Shown: positions 57,433-64,000 of the stretch, in pieces | Layout: each line of letters starts with the position of its first letter | Numbering within the stretch: position 1 is the stretch's first letter | Assembly: GCA_963667175.2 (NCBI GenBank) | Contig: CAXXXF010000012.1 | Span: 160,001 to 224,000, forward strand | Direction: 5' to 3' | Source of the DNA: Candidatus Latescibacterota bacterium | GTDB taxonomy: Bacteria; Latescibacterota; UBA2968; GCA-2709665 | Length of the DNA: 64,000 nucleotides | The notes under the pieces: model-generated | Seen by the model: the letters and a program-made list of their open reading frames with translations, nothing else | Told to the model about the DNA's origin: nothing | Databases searched by the model: none | Made by a program: the position numbers and the translations under genes

Positions 57433-59532
57433 TTATCCCCGCGCCCCGGCGGCTTCCAGAATCAAGTAATCCTGCCGATTCCGATACGCCCGCATTTCCG
57501 GCGGCACCACGATTGTGGAGTCGTATTCATCGATCAGGAGGGGCCCGACCCGCGGCGCAGTCAGATCCGCTCGTTCGATCACGGGCGTTTCCACGGTTCC
57601 CCACGCCTTTCCGTAATACGCCCGACGTGCTGAGGTGCCCGGCCCGCTGCGCCGCAGGGCGCGCATTCGGCCACTTGCGTCGCGGCGGGCGGTTCTGCCG
57701 ATCAGACGAACGGCAACCACCTCGACCGGATTGTCCGGGTCCGACGAATGTCCGTACATCTGCCGATGGGCGCGTTCAAACGCTCCGCGCAGACGACCTA
57801 TAGCTGCGTCCGTCGCCGGGGATTCCGGCGCCGGAATCCGGATTTCCGAAGCCTGGCCCCTGAAGCGCACGTCGACACTGTGTCCAAGCGCCACCTGCTC
57901 AGCGGAATACCCCTCCGCCCGGAACCGGGCAAGCATCTTTCGTTTCAGGTCCGACTGGATTTCGCCCAACGCTTCCGCGTTCAGTGCGTCGCCCGAAAGC
58001 AAACAGCTGTAAACTTCGTGATGTTCCACGCCGGAGAGCAGAAGTCCCAGCGCGCTGAACAACCCGGGCAACGGAGGGACAATGACTTTGGGGCTCAGAA
58101 GTTCACTGGCCAGCCCGGCTGCGTGAATCGGACCGGACCCGCCGAAGGCGATCAGGGCGAACGCCCTGGGATCACGGCCCCGCTCCGTGGACACGGACCG
58201 AAGCGCCCGCATACACCGGGCATTGGCAATCCTGTGTATGCCCTCGGCCGCTTCGAGCAGGCCCAGGCCCAGTGGAGCCGCGATCCGATCGTGAACGATC
58301 CTTCTCGCGTTCTCGGGGTCGATGGAGACTTCTCCGTCTGCCAGTTCCCCAGGCCGTATATACCCCAACACGACGTTGGCGTCGGTAACGGTGGGCTCGT
58401 CTCCGCCCCGGCCGTAACAGACGGGGCCCGGTTCGGCGCCCGCACTTCTGGGTCCGACCCGCAATCCGCCCGCTCCATCCAGCCAGGCCACGCTGCCACC
58501 ACCGGATCCCACCTCCGCGATATCGATGCTGGGCGCGCGGATCAGCTCCCCTCCTCCGCCCACCAACCTGTTTCCCGCCGACACGGATGCGCCGACTTCG
58601 TATTCCGGGCTGTAGGAAATCTCGCCATTCTCGATGATGGACGCCTTGGCAGTGGTGCCTCCCATATCGAACGTGATGAGGTCGTCGATTTCCAGTTGCT
58701 CGCCGGCGGAACGGGCGGCGAAAACCCCGGCCGCGGGTCCCGACTCGAGCACGTACACCGGACGGTGCGCCGCGTCGGCTTCAGGCGTCAGTCCCCCGGC
58801 GGACTGCATGATCAGCACCGGCGTCAGAATGCCCTGCTCACTCAGCCCATCCCGCATCGCCGTGAGATAACGCTGCATCACCGGACGCACGTACGCATTC
58901 AGCACCGTGGTTGCCGTACGTTCGTACTCCCGCCGCTCCGGCAGAATCTCCGTGGAGAGAGACACCGGTACGCCGGGACACGCGCCTTCTAGACACCGGC
59001 CAATGGCGTGTTCATGCTCGGGATACGCGTACGAGTGAAGCGTGCAGACCGCAATCGACTCCACCCGTTCCTTCTCCAGCGCTGAGATGACGGCCTTGAG
59101 GTCCGCCTCGTCCAGGGGCGCCAGAACGTCACCATTCGCGGCAAAGCGTTCGGTCACCTCGAACCTGAGATACCGGGCCACCAGCGGTTCAGGCTTGTCG
59201 AAGAACAGATCGTACATCTGCGGCGCCCTGATGCGCCTCAGTTCCAGAACGTCCCGGAATCCGCGCGTGGTGATCAGCGCGGTCCTGGCGCCCCGCCGCT
59301 CCAGGACCGCATTCGTCGCCACGGTGGTCCCGTGGGAGACGTCACCGATCTCTCCGCCCGGGATGCCGGAATCTCCCAGCAGGCGGGCGATGGCGTCCAG
59401 TACGGCCTGCTCGAAGTCCGGCGGCGTCGAGGGGATCTTGTGGGTCCATAGATTCCCCTCGCCGTCCATGAGGATGACGTCCGTGAAGGTTCCGCCAACG
59501 TCAGCGCCGATTCGATATGAAGTCCGATTCAT
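57433..59532 (-). CDS. hyuA: Hydantoinase A/oxoprolinase family protein
   Basis: GADVGGTFTD, HGTTVATN, ESGPAAG, DMGGTTAK. Confidence 0.93.
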   Translation of the reverse strand: MNRTSYRIGADVGGTFTDVILMDGEGNLWTHKIPSTPPDFEQAVLDAIARLLGDSGIPGGEIGDVSHGTTVATNAVLERRGARTALITTRGFRDVLELRRIRAPQMYDLFFDKPEPLVARYLRFEVTERFAANGDVLAPLDEADLKAVISALEKERVESIAVCTLHSYAYPEHEHAIGRCLEGACPGVPVSLSTEILPERREYERTATTVLNAYVRPVMQRYLTAMRDGLSEQGILTPVLIMQSAGGLTPEADAAHRPVYVLESGPAAGVFAARSAGEQLEIDDLITFDMGGTTAKASIIENGEISYSPEYEVGASVSAGNRLVGGGGELIRAPSIDIAEVGSGGGSVAWLDGAGGLRVGPRSAGAEPGPVCYGRGGDEPTVTDANVVLGYIRPGELADGEVSIDPENARRIVHDRIAAPLGLGLLEAAEGIHRIANARCMRALRSVSTERGRDPRAFALIAFGGSGPIHAAGLASELLSPKVIVPPLPGLFSALGLLLSGVEHHEVYSCLLSGDALNAEALGEIQSDLKRKMLARFRAEGYSAEQVALGHSVDVRFRGQASEIRIPAPESPATDAAIGRLRGAFERAHRQMYGHSSDPDNPVEVVAVRLIGRTARRDASGRMRALRRSGPGTSARRAYYGKAWGTVETPVIERADLTAPRVGPLLIDEYDSTIVVPPEMRAYRNRQDYLILEAAGARG

Positions 59533-61196
59533 TGGGAAATGACCGGGAGACGCAGAAAGGAGGCATATTGGCCGCTGTGATGGATCGTCTGAAGGGCGAC
59601 TCTCATTTCGTCGTCCAGGCCGGGGATATTGCCGGTGTTGAGATTCCGGTCGAAACGGGGAAAGTTGCTGCTGGAGACCTCCAGCCTGATCCGATGGCCG
59701 GCCCTGAACAAATTGCTCGTCTCCCAGAGTACGATCCGGTATTCCACCACCGCCCCCGGACGGATCAGACTCGGCCTGCGAAAGGATTCTCGGTAACGGG
59801 CCCGCACGATGCCCTCCGTAACGTGGATCGCCGCGCCATCGGGATACACGTCGACCAGGGTGGCCGTAAAGTCCGTATCGCGCGCATCCGATGCGGCGAA
59901 CAGGGTGAGTTCCACGGGGCCGGTCACCTCCACGTCCGACGTCAGGGCTTCCGTTGTGTAAAACAGCACGTCCTCGCGGGTTTCCAAGCCTCGCCGGTCC
60001 CGGGGACCCGTGTTGGCGGGGAACAAGCTCTGCCCGCCCACGGTGGTCACCGGATCCTCCGGATCGTAGTCGAACCGGTCCGCGGGCTCGTCCCCCGGCG
60101 CTTCACGGCTGAGCGTTCCATCGCCGAGCGAAGTATTGGCGCGGCCGCCGCTGTGGAGATAGTATGCCGTGTATTTCGTTCGCGCCAGCGGCCACTCGTT
60201 TTCCCACCGCCAGGAATTCCGGCCCATCACGAAAATCCTGACGGGCGGCTCCTCGTCGATCCCCGTATCGATTCCGCGCAGCCGCTGGTCGTACCAGCGC
60301 AGGTGTTCGCCGGGAATATCCACCGCGGCACTCGATCCGAAATCGATATCCCCGTACGGCGCCGCGCTCCCGATCTGCGAGTGTGTCCACGGGCCGACCA
60401 ACAGGCGGGTCAACGATCGGGTCCGGGCGTCTGCCGGCTCCGTTCGCCAGCCGCGAAAACACTTGAAGCTCTCGTGGACGAGATTGTCGTACCAGCCCGT
60501 GACGAAATAGGCCGGCGTATTCACTTCCCGGTACCGGCCTTTCATGCTGATTGACGACCAGAATTCGTCGAATTCGCCGTGCCGGACCACCTCTCTGAAA
60601 AAAGGCCGTTCCGCGATGCCGTCCATTGCGGAGATCAGCGGCAGCCGGCGGTAGATGCGTTCCCAGTCCAGCAGGTCCCGCGGCGCGTTCTGGTTGGTCC
60701 GTCCTCCGAGCCAGATCCAGTTCATCGCATTCTGCAGCTGAAGGAGACCATTGTAGCGCAGGTGCCCGTAGTTGTCCTCCTGGTTTGCGATGGGCATCAG
60801 CCCCTTTACGAAGGGGCTCCGGAACGGGGCCGGTAGAATCTGGGTGAAGCCCGGATAGGAAATCCCGAACATCCCGATATTGCCGTCGCACCATGCCTGC
60901 GCCCCGATCCATTGTTGCGTGTCGTAGCCGTCGCGAGCTTCGTCCGCATAGGCCCGCCACTCCCCTTCCGATTCGTACCGCCCCCTGCTGTCCACCATGA
61001 CCACCGCGTAGCCGGACCTCGCGAACCGGACCGCCCAGTCCACGTATCTGGGATGCTCGGTACTGTAGGGCGACCGGATCAGCAGAACGGGAAAGCGCAC
61101 GCCGTGCGCGGGCCGATATGCCGCGCCGTAGAGCGTCACCCCGTCTCTCATCGGGATGCTCAGGTCCAGTTGAATTCGCACACCCGCATCAGACAT
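59529..61196 (-). CDS. CocE/NonD family (S15) serine hydrolase
   Basis: PMRDGV, DSRGRYESEG, GISYPG, GWYD, GPWTH, SSSNFPRFDRN. Confidence 0.93.
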   Translation of the reverse strand: MSDAGVRIQLDLSIPMRDGVTLYGAAYRPAHGVRFPVLLIRSPYSTEHPRYVDWAVRFARSGYAVVMVDSRGRYESEGEWRAYADEARDGYDTQQWIGAQAWCDGNIGMFGISYPGFTQILPAPFRSPFVKGLMPIANQEDNYGHLRYNGLLQLQNAMNWIWLGGRTNQNAPRDLLDWERIYRRLPLISAMDGIAERPFFREVVRHGEFDEFWSSISMKGRYREVNTPAYFVTGWYDNLVHESFKCFRGWRTEPADARTRSLTRLLVGPWTHSQIGSAAPYGDIDFGSSAAVDIPGEHLRWYDQRLRGIDTGIDEEPPVRIFVMGRNSWRWENEWPLARTKYTAYYLHSGGRANTSLGDGTLSREAPGDEPADRFDYDPEDPVTTVGGQSLFPANTGPRDRRGLETREDVLFYTTEALTSDVEVTGPVELTLFAASDARDTDFTATLVDVYPDGAAIHVTEGIVRARYRESFRRPSLIRPGAVVEYRIVLWETSNLFRAGHRIRLEVSSSNFPRFDRNLNTGNIPGLDDEMRVALQTIHHSGQYASFLRLPVISQ

Positions 61197-61256
61197 TGGC
61201 TGTACCCCGTTCGAAGCGTTACCATGTGTTGCCGTGAGAAACCGGATCGGTCCCCG

Positions 61257-62627
61257 TTACGTCGCCAATCTGTCCAGAACGTTGCGGGTAATCCCGGCCA
61301 CCACGCTCTCATCGCGGTACAACCCATGAGCCCATTCGATGGTGGCGGCGTTGAAGACCGTGCCCTCGAACTCCGTTTCATTGATGGCCACCGTGCCGTA
61401 GCACGGCGCAACGCCCTCTTTCCCCCCTTCCTTCGCCAGACGGTGACCGTCGGGGGTCATGCAATCCGCAAGCGCCACGATCCTGTACTCCGGCGATACC
61501 CCGTCGGCGCCCGTGTACACGGGCCGGCCGTCATTGAATTTCAGGTCCGCCGCGTCCGCCTCCACGCCGACGATCGAGTCCTCCCGTCCGAATTCGTCCC
61601 CTTCGGCCAACCCCGTCCCCTCATACACCCAGTGTTCCGGGTCGCACACGCGGTAGTACCCCCAGTCCTCGGTCGTGGGCGCCAGGAAAACGTTCGGATC
61701 TGACGTCTTCGTGTGGACAAACGACGTGTAGAACACGCCGATCGTGCGCTGGCGAAGGTCGTCCAGAAAGCAGAGAAACGACGTTTCCGGACGCTCGGGC
61801 GTGGGATGATCGTGATAGTAGGGCTTTGCGCAATAAATCTGCCTGCCGTGGTTTCTCAACTCGATTTCCTGGCAGAAACAGTTCCCGCCGAACAGGATGA
61901 GATTGCCTCCATTCCGAACGAAACGCTGTAACTGTTCGCACTCGTTTCTGCTGTTGTATTCGTCGTGACAGAAGCGCACGTTCGCCCGGTAGTCTTTCAG
62001 TATATCGGGTTCCGCGTCGTGGTCGCCGTTCACACAATAATCGGCGCCGTACCCCTCCGCATCCAGCCACGAGGTGAAAAACTGGTCCCAGATGTAGAAG
62101 TTGCCCAGGCATTCCATCTGAAGGGGGCGTTCGAAACTCAGCAGCTTGGCGTGCTGCCGGTCGGTTGATATATAATCGTAAAAGCACTTGCCGCCCACGT
62201 TGTTGTAGGCCTGGTAGGTATTGGTCGCAACCGTCAGCAACATCGGAGATTCCGGTGACCTGGGGCGTACCACGAAGAAAATCTCGCGCAGCCCCTGTCC
62301 GGTCGGGAAGGTCGCAATATAGATTCCGCTCTTCCAGGTGTCCGGAATGACGAAGGACGCCGCCGGCGCCCACCCGTAGCCATCCCGGTAGCCCTGTTCC
62401 GGAACCTCCTGAAGCGCGCCCCGCAGCCCCTCTATAGTCTTGACCAGTTCCCGTTTGGCGCCTTCCCGGAAGATGAATATCTCGTAGTACGACCGTGAGT
62501 TCGAAACGTGAAACGTGATTTCCTCGCCCGGCCTCACGCTCTGCAGGTCGGCGTAGCCGCCTTCCATCAACTTCCAGTTGATCGTTGCGTCCCACTCATG
62601 ATGCGCCCAGATGTGTTCTCTCTTCAT
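61257..62627 (-). CDS. N,N-dimethylformamidase large-subunit-like (DUF6605) protein
   Basis: IPDTWKSGIY, TNTYQAYN, SFERP, HDEY, VGVEAD, VFNAATIEW. Confidence 0.75.
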   Translation of the reverse strand: MKREHIWAHHEWDATINWKLMEGGYADLQSVRPGEEITFHVSNSRSYYEIFIFREGAKRELVKTIEGLRGALQEVPEQGYRDGYGWAPAASFVIPDTWKSGIYIATFPTGQGLREIFFVVRPRSPESPMLLTVATNTYQAYNNVGGKCFYDYISTDRQHAKLLSFERPLQMECLGNFYIWDQFFTSWLDAEGYGADYCVNGDHDAEPDILKDYRANVRFCHDEYNSRNECEQLQRFVRNGGNLILFGGNCFCQEIELRNHGRQIYCAKPYYHDHPTPERPETSFLCFLDDLRQRTIGVFYTSFVHTKTSDPNVFLAPTTEDWGYYRVCDPEHWVYEGTGLAEGDEFGREDSIVGVEADAADLKFNDGRPVYTGADGVSPEYRIVALADCMTPDGHRLAKEGGKEGVAPCYGTVAINETEFEGTVFNAATIEWAHGLYRDESVVAGITRNVLDRLAT

Positions 62628-62809
62628 CCCGAATGCCGCCTTCCTCTGTTAAGTTGACCTTCCGAAAACCCATGCCGCCCGTACACGCCGGATCGGTGGC
62701 GCCGAAACCCCCCGGGCCGCGGGTTGTCCTTGACACCGGCGTTCAATCCTCGCAATATTCCCCCTGGAAAGATGGTTCGAAATCTTCGCTCCGAAACGAA
62801 AGGTCCGCC

Positions 62810-63595
62810 ATGAAGAACATCCGGCTGGACGTCCGGTACTATCACCTCACCCGGCGAGCCAGGGTGACCGAAGACGAATTCCATCTCCGGACACTGCGGC
62901 GAGACTATCCGGCGGACCGGACCGCACTGGTGCTGGTGGACGTGTGGAGCGACCACTTTGTGAGCACGCACCTGAAGCGCGGGAGAGACATCACCCTTGA
63001 ACGCATCATTCCCGTTGCGGAGGCCTTCCGATCGGTCGGCGCCGCGGTGATCCACGCGCCCAGCCCGGACTGCGCCAAACGCTATGAGGCGTGGACCCGC
63101 TTTGCAGGCGATGACGAAGTCTTCGGACGCCCCGGTCCGGCCCCCGACGACTGGCCTCCCGCGGAATTCCGCTCGAGGACGGGCGACTACGAAGCGTGGG
63201 CTCAGCCGAAGGACCCGCACGATCAGGATTTCGAGGACACCATCAGGAACCGCCGCATCATTCCCGAAGCCGAACCTTGCGACGGCGACGAGGTTGTCGT
63301 AACCGGCGCCCAGCTGCACCGCCTGCTGAAGCACCGGGGGATCCTGCACCTGTTCTACGCCGGCTTCGCCGCAAACATGTGCGTCCCCTTCAGGGACTAC
63401 GGCATGAGGGCCATGAAAGACCGCGGGTACGACATCATCCTCATCAGAGACTGCACCACCGCCATCGAAGTCGCGGACACGTCCGAAAATCTGGACCTGT
63501 CCCGGGCCGCCGTCATCGATACGGAAGTCAATATAGGATACACCACGTCCCACAGCGAACTGGTTGCAGCCTGCCGGCAGGCGTCACAACCGTGA
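62810..63595 (+). CDS. Isochorismatase family cysteine hydrolase
   Basis: TALVLVDVW, YAGFAANMCV, LIRDCTTA. Confidence 0.85.
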   Translation: MKNIRLDVRYYHLTRRARVTEDEFHLRTLRRDYPADRTALVLVDVWSDHFVSTHLKRGRDITLERIIPVAEAFRSVGAAVIHAPSPDCAKRYEAWTRFAGDDEVFGRPGPAPDDWPPAEFRSRTGDYEAWAQPKDPHDQDFEDTIRNRRIIPEAEPCDGDEVVVTGAQLHRLLKHRGILHLFYAGFAANMCVPFRDYGMRAMKDRGYDIILIRDCTTAIEVADTSENLDLSRAAVIDTEVNIGYTTSHSELVAACRQASQP

Positions 63596-63640
63596 GCAGC
63601 CGTTCGGAAAGGAGTCCTTCATCGTCAGGTGTGGGGCGAG

Positions 63641-64000
63641 TCACGACGGCCCCAGGACGAAGGTGGCGGCCTGCCGGATCACCTCGACGCCCGATCCGGG
63701 CCTGTGCGCGTTCTCGCTCAGGTGCCGGCGCCAGGCGCGGGCTCCCGGCAACCCCTGGAAGAGGCCCATGATGTGCCGCGTCATGCCGGCCAGCGGCATC
63801 CCCATGCGCAGCTGATCGTCGACGTATTCACAGAATCGATCCAGAATCTCCCCCCGCCCGGCCACGGGGCGCGTATCGCCGTAGAACGCCTGGTCCATCG
63901 ACGCCAGGAAATAGGGATTCTGATAGGCCTCGCGACCGATCATGACGCCATCCACGGTTTCGAGGTGTTCCCGCACCTGCTCGCGGGTTGTGATTCCTCC
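63641..64000 (-). CDS. dusA: tRNA dihydrouridine(20/20a) synthase, 3' part (runs off window)
   Basis: DGVMIGREAYQNPY, TRHIMGLFQGLPGARAWRRHLSENA. Confidence 0.93.
   Translation of the reverse strand, partial: GGITTREQVREHLETVDGVMIGREAYQNPYFLASMDQAFYGDTRPVAGRGEILDRFCEYVDDQLRMGMPLAGMTRHIMGLFQGLPGARAWRRHLSENAHRPGSGVEVIRQAATFVLGPS

Overview
High-GC bacterial chromosomal window, mostly metabolic genes. Ankyrin, NHL, TPR and FG-GAP proteins, a PhyH dioxygenase and many amidohydrolases suggest a marine host-associated lineage (inference only). Contents in order: a PotABCD-type ABC transporter (0.1-4.4 kb); a 5-kb lower-GC accessory patch (4.45-9.6 kb) with a RAYT transposase, two REPINs, a MITE and a same-strand mosaic of toxin-antitoxin genes in which antitoxins are intact and nearly all toxins are truncated or absent; housekeeping/transport genes; two FG-GAP/ASPIC-UnbV proteins; a DegT-hydantoinase B/A-membrane protein-PHP hydrolase operon; a methylated-amine cluster (mgsC-like, small hypothetical, acyl-CoA-dehydrogenase-fold protein, tdm-like, flavin reductase, amt, fhs, gmaS/glnT), with a 5-kb stretch of probable assembly frameshifts; a TlpA / outer-membrane protein / methyltransferase operon whose middle gene has an in-frame TGA after its signal peptide plus a SECIS-like hairpin (candidate selenoprotein missed by the ORF track); a second MITE copy carrying two tiny palindromic insertions; two ankyrin lipoproteins with long variable loops; a second hydantoinase pair with CocE and dimethylformamidase-like genes; and the 3' end of dusA. 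I saw no rRNA, tRNA or CRISPR array. All family calls come from motif recognition by eye, not database searches.
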